The position numbers and the translations under genes are program-made. 64,000 nt of DNA from Bordetella sp. GTDB taxonomy: Bacteria; Pseudomonadota; Alphaproteobacteria; Caulobacterales; Caulobacteraceae. This document shows positions 32,201 through 40,016 of the stretch, in pieces (positions within the stretch are counted from its first letter, which is position 1; each line of letters begins with the position of its first letter). Under the pieces are notes generated by a model. The model had not been told where the DNA came from. It searched no databases and worked only from the letters and a program-made list of their open reading frames with translations. The stretch is taken from positions 37 to 64,036 of the forward strand of contig JAFKFS010000016.1 of assembly GCA_017308115.1 (NCBI GenBank), written 5' to 3'.

Positions 32201-32294
32201 TTTGGGCGAGAGCAGGAACTGCGAAGCCTGCAGATGCGACCCCAATGATCATCGACGTAGCAAGAAGCCGCTTCCGATGTTTCCTATAGGCCAA
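29286..32294 (-). CDS. TonB-dependent receptor 2 (~1002 aa)
   Basis: TTG start with GGAGGG RBS; EIVVTGSR, RNLVLIDGRR, TYGADAVSGVVNFI, C-terminal VGLTARF. Confidence 0.95.
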   Translation of the reverse strand: MAYRKHRKRLLATSMIIGVASAGFAVPALAQSASQDDATRVDEIVVTGSRIARRDAVAESPILTVQQEDITHSGATTVEHYLNTLPQITAGLSSQSNNPSSNGRAFIDLRGLGSGRNLVLIDGRRPMGSTAGGTVDTNTIPASLIQRVEIISGGAASTYGADAVSGVVNFILRDSFEGIQLDSQYRLTEQGDGQEWSTDITFGGNFADGKGNAVFNAGYFNREAMYKDAREFSGQASSTTTIFPGGTAGMIAANRPTQAAVDAYFGGANRCANTGGHAGFGFNPDGSLFCSGLTASSVYNMYGYTGPESAIATNFAPNVFSYNFEPDNILVLPMERWNLFTRMNYEVNEQFKPYVQAMYTNYNALQELAPTPAGGSTGWNVAASNPFIGSQLAGLLALRPDPTAPFAFSKRFNDLGGRTGYNTHDVWQATLGTKGRLARTNTWQYDVYASFGRSVLNEIQGGNVRRDRVGLLLGHVDAKRDTETDAQYAARVAAFRAPTIAEQAALSGGKCPNGLNLFGSAPIDPTCAAYISLEAKNLTVIEQSIVEATVNGDLFELPAGPLQGAFGMSYRELDFNFRPDSGLQPGIVAGFNEQSPVSGFLNWTDLFAELLVPIVKDVAFAKDMSLSLGYRVSDNSNSGSSESWKANLEWAVNDWFRIRGGMQTAVRSPSISELFSPQTNNFPSFDRQDPCDVRQPTTAIFGRNGANGAKVAELCAKQAIVAGDPTFAWESQANTITGGNPDLMPETSESWTLGFVSQSPFNTGGWADSLYLSVDYWSISLEDVISAPSAGTVVQRCFNRDNANPTFDPNNEWCRLFQRNQATGGIEKLKLLSRNQAFTETSGVDVAFNVRFDTESVGSFGVNVLSTWVEKYTSQLSTVDPVYDYVGTIGTGTGSATPEWRHTVQGSWSLDPFSLTATARYIDEMRHSNTVTGGAGTGTDSVWYFDLRGSWDVNDTVSLRAGVNNVLDEQPQLYSPNIQSNTDPSTYDVLGRRYFVGLTARF

Positions 32295-32569
32295 TTTTTT
32301 CCCTCCAGGATGGAAAAGGTTTGATTTCAATCACACGTAAAAATCGACACCGACGCCTGTCAGACATGCCTGGCGATACAGGAATCGATTTCAGCGTCGG
32401 GAACCTCTACTGGTTAAGGGACGAAATGTGGAACGCCATAATAATTCAGGCACGAATTAGCCTTCAGCATGTCTCATAATCACCACATATTGACGCAATA
32501 CGGCCACAAAATAATCGCCCTCTAATTCAGACAAAATTGCTAAAAAACGCCAAAAGAAAGCAACGGACG

Positions 32570-33097
32570 ATGACAGAGAAACATTTTTTTGCCTGCAAAT
32601 TGGCTATTTTGGCCGCATTTTTGTCCGTCCCGGCAAACGACGCCAGGGCTCAGGCCGCGCGCCCTGTCGCTGCGCTAGAACGTCTGAAAGAATGCCGTCT
32701 GATCGTCGAGGCGGACGCGCGGGCGCGTTGTTTCGAAGCCGGCGCCGCATCCCTGATTTCCACCTACGACAACGGCGACCTGATCATTATCGAGCGCGCC
32801 CAGGCGGACGCCGCCCGACGGGCGATGTTCGGTTTCTCGGCGCCGAGCCTGCCTGCTGTGTTCGGCGGCGACGCCATAGACGCGCTGGAAACCTCGTTGG
32901 TGCGGACCGCGGGCGCCGCGAACGGCGCCTGGATATTCCACCTTGCAGACGGCTCCGTATGGCGGCAGATCGACAACACGCGCGTAGCCAACCCCCGCAA
33001 TCGTCAAGGAGAACCCGTCATCGTCCGAAAGGCGGCGTTGGGCAGCTACTTCCTCAAAATCGGGGACAGCCGAGCGATACGCGTTCGGCGAGAGTAA
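32570..33097 (+). CDS. Secreted hypothetical protein B (TBDR-associated; paralog of 25203-25778)
   Basis: Signal-peptide-like N-terminus, CRLI...RARCFE, ARRAMFGF, WIFHLADGSVWRQID, LGSY...SRAIRV. Confidence 0.85.
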   Translation: MTEKHFFACKLAILAAFLSVPANDARAQAARPVAALERLKECRLIVEADARARCFEAGAASLISTYDNGDLIIIERAQADAARRAMFGFSAPSLPAVFGGDAIDALETSLVRTAGAANGAWIFHLADGSVWRQIDNTRVANPRNRQGEPVIVRKAALGSYFLKIGDSRAIRVRRE

Positions 33098-33110
33098 AGG
33101 CGTGACTGGC

Positions 33111-33321
33111 GATCCCCTGGGTTCGACAGTTCGACTTCGCCTATGGGCGCCGCGATCAGGTTTCGCCGCTGATCTAGTAGGTGATCGCCGACAACCCCGG
33201 GCCGTTCACCTTCACGGGAACGGGAAGCTACATCGTCGGGCGCGATCGGCCGAGGCGGAGATCGCGATGATCGATCCTGGCCCGGACGAGGCTCGTCTGT
33301 CGGCCCTGCTTCGCGCGATCG
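33111..33321 (+). pseudogene. Degenerate copy of the 5' 215 nt of the MBL hydrolase gene (right arm of the inverted repeat)
   Basis: ~92% identical by manual alignment; ATG lost, CAG CGG changed to TAG TAG in frame, 1-nt and 3-nt deletions. Confidence 0.9.
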
Positions 33322-33487
33322 GTCGAAGCGCGACTTCCGTTCGCGGGCTTCCAGGCGTCGGTTCGGCGGGCCGCGCGCGACGTTTCATCGGACGCGCAGA
33401 AGCACGCTCGCAAGAAGGGCGGATTGTTTCGGATCGGGTTTTGCGAGGGGAGGGGGGGGCGCGCCACTCCCTCATGTCTGAGAGGAG

Positions 33488-33564
33488 TGGCGCGAGTGAC
33501 GGGGCTCGAACCCGCGACCTCCGGCGTGACAGGCCGGCACTCTAACCAACTGAGCTACACCCGC
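33488..33564 (-). tRNA. tRNA-Asp (GTC)
   Basis: GCGGGTGTAGCTCAGTTGGTTAGAGTGCCGGCCTGTCACGCCGGAGGTCGCGGGTTCGAGCCCCGTCACTCGCGCCA; anticodon arm CCGGC-CTGTCAC-GCCGG; encoded CCA. Confidence 0.97.
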
Positions 33565-33665
33565 GTTTCTTCCCGCAAGGAGAAGAGGAGGGGCGAATAC
33601 GGTTCGCGGCGCTTGCGGTCAAGCGCATTGTGGCGTTTCCGCTGAAAAATCTGCGAATTCAGGCG

Positions 33666-34208
33666 CTAGCGGCCGCAATCGAGGCCTTGGGCGTCGGGCG
33701 GGGCGTCGCCGCCGGGGCCGAGCGCCTTCTGCATGAAGACGACGTCGCGCCAGCCGTCGAACTTCCATCCGGCGTCGCGGAAGGCGCCCGCGTGGACGAA
33801 GCCCGCCGCCGCGTGCAGGGCGATGGAGCCGGTGTTGGCGCTGTCGCCGATCACCGCCACCATCTGGCGCATCCCCAGGGCCGCGCAGGCGTCGAGCAGG
33901 GCGTCCAACAGAGCCTTGCCCACGCCCCGGCCCCGATGGGTTTCGGCGACATAGATCGAATCCTCGACCATGAAGCGATAGGCGGCGCGCAGGCGATAGG
34001 GCGCGGCGTAGGCGTAGCCGGCGATCGCCCCGTCGATCTCGGCGACCAGGACAGGCAGGCCCAGGGCGGCGGGCGCGGCCAGGCGCGCCGCCATGTCTTC
34101 CGGCGAGGGGACGTCCAATTCGAACGTCCCCGTGCCCTGCAGCACGCTGTCGGCGTAGATGGCCGTCACGGCCGCCAGATCGGCCCCGGCGAACGGCCGG
34201 ACGATCAT
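33666..34208 (-). CDS. GNAT acetyltransferase (phosphinothricin/methionine-sulfoximine acetyltransferase family)
   Basis: GTFELDVP, GYAYA, VEDSIYV, RGRGVGKALL, SIALHAAAGF, KFDGWRDV. Confidence 0.88.
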   Translation of the reverse strand: MIVRPFAGADLAAVTAIYADSVLQGTGTFELDVPSPEDMAARLAAPAALGLPVLVAEIDGAIAGYAYAAPYRLRAAYRFMVEDSIYVAETHRGRGVGKALLDALLDACAALGMRQMVAVIGDSANTGSIALHAAAGFVHAGAFRDAGWKFDGWRDVVFMQKALGPGGDAPPDAQGLDCGR

Positions 34209-36382
34209 GCCTTTTCCCAGCCTTTTTCGACGGCCCAGACGGCGAAGGCGTAGTCGTGGGCGATGTCCTTGAGATAGTCGAAGCGCCCGGATGAGGCGAA
34301 ATGCCCGGCCTCCATATTGATCTTCAGCAGGACCGGCTTGCCCGAGGTCGAGGCCGGCCGCAGCCTGGCCACCCACTTCTGGGGCTCCCAATAGGTGACG
34401 CGCGGGTCGGACAGGCCCCCGGTCGCCAGCACCGCCGGATAGGGCTTGCTCTCGATCTGGTCGTAGGGGCTGTAGCTCAGCATGTAGTCATAGGCCGCCG
34501 CATCCTCGAGCGGGTTGCCCCACTCGGGCCATTCCGGCGGCGTCAGCGGCAGGCTGGTGTCGCTCATGGTGTTGATGACATCGACGAAGGGCACGCCCCC
34601 GATCACCCCCGCCCACAGTTCGGGGCGCATATTGGTCACGGCCCCCATCAGCAGGCCGCCCGCCGAGCGCCCCTCGGCCACGATGTTGCCGGCCCTGGCG
34701 TAGTTCCGGGCGATCAGGTGGTCGGCGGCGGCGATGAAGTCGGTGAAGGTGTTCTTCTTGGTGAAGCGTCGGGCGGTCAGGAACCAGTTCCAGCCCTTGT
34801 CCGAGCCGCCGCGGATATGGGCGATGGCGTAGATGAAGCCCCGGTCGACCAGCGACAGCCGGTTGGTCGAGAAACTGGCCGCCATCGGGATGCCGTAGGA
34901 GCCGTAGCCGTAGAGCAGCAGGGGCGCCGAGCCGTCGACCGGCGTGTCGTTGCGCCGCAGCACCGTCACCGGCACCAGCTCGCCATCGGAAGCCGGCGCG
35001 TTCAGACGCTCGACCACATAGTCCGCCGGATCATGGCCCGAGGGGATTTCCTGCACCTTGCGCAGGGTCCGCTCTCGGGTCTTCAGATCATAGTCATAGG
35101 TCGAGGTCGGCGTGGACGGCGAATTATAGCCGTAGCGCATGACCGTGGTGTCGAACTCCGACGCCCCGCCCAGCGACAGGGCGTAGGCGGGCTCGTCCAC
35201 GGCGATCTCGTGTTCGGCACCGGCGCGGTCGCGGATGACGATCCTGGTGTTGGCGTCGGCGCGTTCCTGGCGGCCCAGATAGCCCTTCACCAGGGCCACG
35301 CCCTCGATGAAGCGCCCGGGCGTGTGGGGGATCAGGTCCTTCCAGTTGGCCTTGGCCGGGGCGTCGGTCGGCGCCTCGACCACCTTGAAGTCGACGGCGT
35401 CGTCGGCGTTGGTGCGGATCACCCAGCGGTCGCCCCAGTGGTCCAGGTCGTACAGGCGCCCGACGTGGCGCGGCTCGACCACCACGGGCGTCGCCGTCGG
35501 GGTCGCGCCGGGAATGATGCGGCCCTCGGAGGTTTCCTGATTGCCGATGCCGATGACGATGAAGGCGTCGTCGGCGGTGCGGCCGACGCTCTGGAACATG
35601 CCGTCGTCGGCTTCCTCATAGACCAGGGCCGTCTCGCCGCCGCGCGCGGGGCGGCGGAAGATCTTGTCGGGGCGGCCGTTGTCGTCGCGGTTGGTCCAGA
35701 AGATCCACCGGCTGTCGGGCGAGAAGGTGAAGTTCTCGGTCGCTGATTCGATGGGGTCTGGCAGGATTTCGCCGGTGGCCAGGTCCTTGACGTAGATCTT
35801 GTAGACTTCGGACCCCTGGGCGTCCTCGGCATAGGCGAACAGGGCGTGGTCGGGGCTGTGTTCGGTGGCGGACACCTCGGAATAGGCCTTGCCCTCGGCC
35901 AGTCTGTTGCAGTCCAGCAGGATGATCTCGCCGTCCGTTTCGCCGCGCGGGCGGCGGCAATAGAGGGGGTGCTGGTCGCCGGTGTTGTAGCGGACGTAAT
36001 ATTCCCACGGGCCGTCGGCGGCGGGGACGGAACTGTCGTCTTCCTTGATGCGGCCCTTCATCTCCTCGAACATCGCGGCCTGCAGGGGCAGGGTCGAGGC
36101 CATCATCGCTTCCCGATAGGCGTTCTCGGCGGTCAGGTGTTCCTTGACGTCGGCCTTGATCAGCGAGGGATCGCGCAGCACCGCCTGCCAGTTGTCGTCC
36201 TTCATCCACTGATAGTCGTCGATCCGCACGCGGCCCAGTTGCTCGATGCGGACAGGGACCTTCTTGGCGACGGGCGGGGCAGGCTGGGACATCGGAACTC
36301 CGGTCGTGGGGCGGGCGAGGGCGGGGGAGGCGGCCGCCACGCCGACGGCGGCGGTCGAGGCGATCAGTTCGCGACGGTTCAT
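34205..36382 (-). CDS. ptrB: Oligopeptidase B (S9A) with a twin-arginine signal
   Basis: MNRRELI Tat motif; RIDDYQWM, LLYGYGSYG, GRSAGG (Ser), DPRV (Asp), AGH (His). Confidence 0.92.
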   Translation of the reverse strand: MNRRELIASTAAVGVAAASPALARPTTGVPMSQPAPPVAKKVPVRIEQLGRVRIDDYQWMKDDNWQAVLRDPSLIKADVKEHLTAENAYREAMMASTLPLQAAMFEEMKGRIKEDDSSVPAADGPWEYYVRYNTGDQHPLYCRRPRGETDGEIILLDCNRLAEGKAYSEVSATEHSPDHALFAYAEDAQGSEVYKIYVKDLATGEILPDPIESATENFTFSPDSRWIFWTNRDDNGRPDKIFRRPARGGETALVYEEADDGMFQSVGRTADDAFIVIGIGNQETSEGRIIPGATPTATPVVVEPRHVGRLYDLDHWGDRWVIRTNADDAVDFKVVEAPTDAPAKANWKDLIPHTPGRFIEGVALVKGYLGRQERADANTRIVIRDRAGAEHEIAVDEPAYALSLGGASEFDTTVMRYGYNSPSTPTSTYDYDLKTRERTLRKVQEIPSGHDPADYVVERLNAPASDGELVPVTVLRRNDTPVDGSAPLLLYGYGSYGIPMAASFSTNRLSLVDRGFIYAIAHIRGGSDKGWNWFLTARRFTKKNTFTDFIAAADHLIARNYARAGNIVAEGRSAGGLLMGAVTNMRPELWAGVIGGVPFVDVINTMSDTSLPLTPPEWPEWGNPLEDAAAYDYMLSYSPYDQIESKPYPAVLATGGLSDPRVTYWEPQKWVARLRPASTSGKPVLLKINMEAGHFASSGRFDYLKDIAHDYAFAVWAVEKGWEKA

Positions 36383-36454
36383 GGCAGGGCGATCCCGTGG
36401 ACTATGATTTGAGCCGGACCTTGTGCGTGTCGCCGCCCGGCGTCAAATGGCGTC

Positions 36455-37270
36455 ATGATCATTCAGGATCTTCCGCCCGAGCAACCCGCCGTCGTCGCCG
36501 CCCCGCCGCCCGAATGGGACCTGACGGTCGGAGTCATTAACGCCACCGTCCAACTGGATCAGGCGATCAACGGCAGCCAGAGGAAGGTCGGGACGGGCTT
36601 CCTGATCGCTGCGCCCCGACCTGACGGCGCGCCGCGCGTGGTGCTGGTGACGGCGCGGCACGTGCTGGACGTCATGCCCGGAAACCAGGCGCGCATCGGC
36701 TGGCGCACGGCCGAGGCGGACGGCGCCTGGAGGTTCACGCCCGGAACCCTGGACATCCGCGACGCCGGCGGCGCGCCGCTGTGGACCGCGCATCCGGAAC
36801 GCGACGTGGCGGTGATGGAGATCACCGCTCCGCCCGCCTTCGCCCAGGCGGCGATCCCCGTCGGCTGGCTGGCCGAGGCCGACGCCTTCGACCGTTGGCG
36901 CATGGGGCCGGGCGATGAACTGATGGCCCTGGGCTATCCGCACGGCCTGTCGGCCAACCGGGCGGGGTTCCCGATCCTGCGCCTGGGCCGGATCGCCTCC
37001 TGGCCGCTGACGCCGATCCGGCATTTCCCGATCTTCCTGCTCGACTTCGTGGTGGCCCAGGGCAATTCCGGCGGGCCGGTCTTCTGGACGCCCGCCGCGC
37101 GTCGCGTGCCCGGCGGGCCGGTTCCGGATCATCCCTTCATCGCCGGGGTTCTGGTGCAGGAGGTCCAGGGCGGCGGCGAAGGCCTGGACCTGGGCGTCGT
37201 GGCCCATGCCGAATATGTGCGCGAGACGATCGCCTTGCTGGATCAGTCCGTCGCCGGGCCGCAGTCGTAG
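36455..37270 (+). CDS. Trypsin-like serine protease
   Basis: GTGFLI, VTARHV (His), RDVAV (Asp), GNSGGP (Ser). Confidence 0.85.
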   Translation: MIIQDLPPEQPAVVAAPPPEWDLTVGVINATVQLDQAINGSQRKVGTGFLIAAPRPDGAPRVVLVTARHVLDVMPGNQARIGWRTAEADGAWRFTPGTLDIRDAGGAPLWTAHPERDVAVMEITAPPAFAQAAIPVGWLAEADAFDRWRMGPGDELMALGYPHGLSANRAGFPILRLGRIASWPLTPIRHFPIFLLDFVVAQGNSGGPVFWTPAARRVPGGPVPDHPFIAGVLVQEVQGGGEGLDLGVVAHAEYVRETIALLDQSVAGPQS

Positions 37271-38031
37271 GCTGCGCAGTAACGACGTCTCATCTCGGCG
37301 TCGATGGCGGCGGAATCCAGCTTCGGAAAGGCGGAAACGGTGTCCTGAGGCGTGATGGACGGCGCGTTTTCGCCCAGAATGAAGCGATCGGTCGTCTCCT
37401 TCGCCCACAGGCGCGCCATGCCCAGGGCTATGGTTTCGGCCAGGGCTTCATCTGAGGGAAACAGCTCTTCAGCCCAGGACAGGACGGCTGCGCGTCGGTC
37501 CTGCGACAACTCCTCGAGGCCCAGCCGTTCCGTCAAGGAGGGAATGCCCACCGCCGCGACGACTCGGCGAGCGTTCTCGACAAGGGCGGGCGAGGGCTCG
37601 GGGCCGGACCAGGCTGGAACCTCGTCCGTCTCGCCCTCGTCCTGATCTTCGGCGATGAATGGTAGGCTGACGACAAATTTGGACGGCGTGGCCACGCCGT
37701 TCACGCGGCGCGGCGTAAGGCGATGGCGAAGGATGATGCGCTTGGCGGCGTCGCCGAAGCCGAGGCCTGTCGGCCGCTCCGCCTTGATCAGGCAGTTCTC
37801 GGGACTTCCCTGCGGAGTGGCCACGCATTCCAGACTGACGGAGCCGCTGACGCCCAGATAGGCGGCGAAGGCGGGGTAGTCGCCCTCGTCGACCTGGGGC
37901 GGGACGACCCAGGCCGGACCTTCGATCACGACCGGATTTTGTCTACGTCCGGGCTGGTCTTCCGCAAGGGCGTCTGCGCCCGACCCGATGACGACCATGG
38001 CCAGGATCGCGGCACCGCCTGCTCGATTCAT
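37243..38031 (-). CDS. TonB C-terminal domain protein with an extra helical C-terminal region
   Basis: Signal/anchor, YPAFAAYLGVSGSVSLEC...C...ERPTGLGFGDAA...PRRVNGVA TonB_C pattern. Confidence 0.75.
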   Translation of the reverse strand: MNRAGGAAILAMVVIGSGADALAEDQPGRRQNPVVIEGPAWVVPPQVDEGDYPAFAAYLGVSGSVSLECVATPQGSPENCLIKAERPTGLGFGDAAKRIILRHRLTPRRVNGVATPSKFVVSLPFIAEDQDEGETDEVPAWSGPEPSPALVENARRVVAAVGIPSLTERLGLEELSQDRRAAVLSWAEELFPSDEALAETIALGMARLWAKETTDRFILGENAPSITPQDTVSAFPKLDSAAIDAEMRRRYCAAYDCGPATD

Positions 38032-38094
38032 ACGAAATCGCCTCCCGCGCCTAGGTGACACGGGAGGCGCTCGATGCTCAAGCATTGAAGGCGA

Positions 38095-39879
38095 TCAGCC
38101 CGCCAGCGCCTCGACAGTCAGGCGCTGCAGCAGGTCGCCGCCCTGGCCGACGGCGGCCAGGCGGCTGGAGACGTGGCCCAGGACGTTGGCGGCGTAGACT
38201 TCATACAGGTCCAGCTTGCCCTGCAGCCAGGCGGCGTCGCCGTCGCCGGCGTCCAGTTTCGCCTTGGCGGCAAGAGCGCCCTTGGCCAGCATCCAGCCGC
38301 CGACCACGTCGCCCATCAGCTTCAGATAGGCGTCGGCGCCCGCCAGCACGTCGGCGGCGCGGGCCGCGTCCGACTTGGCGTCCAGCAGCCACAGGGTGGC
38401 GTCCTCGACCGCCTCGATGGCGGTGGCGAAACGCTCGACCGGCTTGCCGACATAGAGGCGGTCGATCTGGGCCAGGGTCGCCTTCATCTCGGCGATCAGG
38501 GCCTTGGCCGACTCGCCGCCGTCCATCGACAGCTTGCGGCCCACCAGATCCATGGCCTGGATGCCGTTGGTGCCTTCGTAGATGGGGGTGATGCGGGCGT
38601 CGCGGTAGTATTGGGCCGCGCCGGTCTCCTCGATGAAGCCCATCCCGCCGTGGACCTGAACGCCCAGGGAGGCGACCTCGCAGCCGACGTCGGTGGACCA
38701 GGCCTTGGCGATGGGGGTGAACAGGTCCTCGCGGCCCTTCCAGGCCGTGCGCTCTTCCTCGGTAGAGGCGTGGCGGGCCAGGTCGGCGGCGACGCCGGTC
38801 CACAGGCAGATGGCGCGGGCGGCGGCGACCTTGGCCTTCATCACCGCCAGCATGCGGCGCACGTCGGGGTGGTCGAAGATCGGGGCGTCCTTCTCGCCGG
38901 TCCAGGCGCTGCGGCCCTGGCGACGCTCCAGCGCATAGGCCAGGGCGTGCTGATAGGCCCGCTCGGCGATGCCGACGCCCTCGACGCCGACGGCGAGGCG
39001 GGCGGCGTTCATCATGACGAACATATGGGCCAGGCCCTGGTTCGGCTGGCCGACCAGTTCGGCGCGGGCGCCCTCATAGCTCATGACGCAGGTGGGCGAG
39101 GCGTGGATGCCCAGCTTGTGCTCGACGCCGACCGGGCGGAAGGCGTTGCGCTCGCCCAGCGAGCCGTCGGCGTTGACTGCGAACTTGGGCGTCAGGAACA
39201 GGCTGATGCCCTTCGGCCCTGCGGGCGCGTCGGGCAGGCGAGCCAGCACCAGGTGGACGATATTGTCCGCCGCGTCGTGGTCGCCCCAGGTGATGAAGAT
39301 CTTCTGCCCGGTCAGGGCGTAGGTCCCGTCGCCGTTGGGAACGGCCGTGGCCGTCAGGGCGCCCAGGTCCGAACCTGCGTGCGGCTCGGTCAGCACCATG
39401 GCGCCGGTCCATTCGCCCGAGACCAGCTTGGGCAGATAGGTCGTCTTCTGATGCTCGTTTCCGACCTGCTCCAGCGCCTCGATGGCGGCGAGCGACAGCA
39501 TGGGGCACAGGCCGAAGGCCATGTTGGCGGCGTGGACGGTCTCATAGGCCGCCAGCTCCAGCGCCTTGGGCAGGGCCTGGCCGCCGGCCTCGACCGAGGC
39601 GGTCAGGCTGGTCCAGCCGCCCGCCGCGAACTGCTGATAGGCGTCGGCGAATCCGGGGGCCGCCGTCACGGCGCCGTTGGCGTATTTCGCGCCCGCCAGG
39701 TCGCCGGGGCGGTTCAGCGGAGCCAGCACCTCTTCCGAAAACTGTCCGGCGGCGTCCAGCACGGCCGAGGCGACGTCGGCGTCATAGTCGGGAAAGGCGC
39801 CGGTCGCCGCGACCTGGCCGACGCCGGCCACGGCGTCGAGGGCGAAGGCGATGTCACGGAGGGGGGCGCGGTAGCTCAT
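38095..39879 (-). CDS. Acyl-CoA dehydrogenase
   Basis: GAMVLTEPHAGSDLG, GQKIFITWG, EHKLGIHASPT, MNAARL, QVHGGMGF, IYEGTNGIQ. Confidence 0.95.
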   Translation of the reverse strand: MSYRAPLRDIAFALDAVAGVGQVAATGAFPDYDADVASAVLDAAGQFSEEVLAPLNRPGDLAGAKYANGAVTAAPGFADAYQQFAAGGWTSLTASVEAGGQALPKALELAAYETVHAANMAFGLCPMLSLAAIEALEQVGNEHQKTTYLPKLVSGEWTGAMVLTEPHAGSDLGALTATAVPNGDGTYALTGQKIFITWGDHDAADNIVHLVLARLPDAPAGPKGISLFLTPKFAVNADGSLGERNAFRPVGVEHKLGIHASPTCVMSYEGARAELVGQPNQGLAHMFVMMNAARLAVGVEGVGIAERAYQHALAYALERRQGRSAWTGEKDAPIFDHPDVRRMLAVMKAKVAAARAICLWTGVAADLARHASTEEERTAWKGREDLFTPIAKAWSTDVGCEVASLGVQVHGGMGFIEETGAAQYYRDARITPIYEGTNGIQAMDLVGRKLSMDGGESAKALIAEMKATLAQIDRLYVGKPVERFATAIEAVEDATLWLLDAKSDAARAADVLAGADAYLKLMGDVVGGWMLAKGALAAKAKLDAGDGDAAWLQGKLDLYEVYAANVLGHVSSRLAAVGQGGDLLQRLTVEALAG

Positions 39880-40016
39880 CGGTTATCCTCAGAAAGACGT
39901 TGCGCCTCTGTCGGCCGCTGCGCCGTCGGGCGCAAGCCCGCTTGGACTTTGGTCGAGTTTCCGCGCACTGTGGTCCCCTGTTTGAACGGCTGACGCCGCG
40001 TAAGGAAAGACCGTCC

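Noticed and set aside
33102-33545. 147-aa ORF from the track
   Set aside because: Off-frame read through the MBL pseudo-fragment running into tRNA-Asp; not a credible CDS
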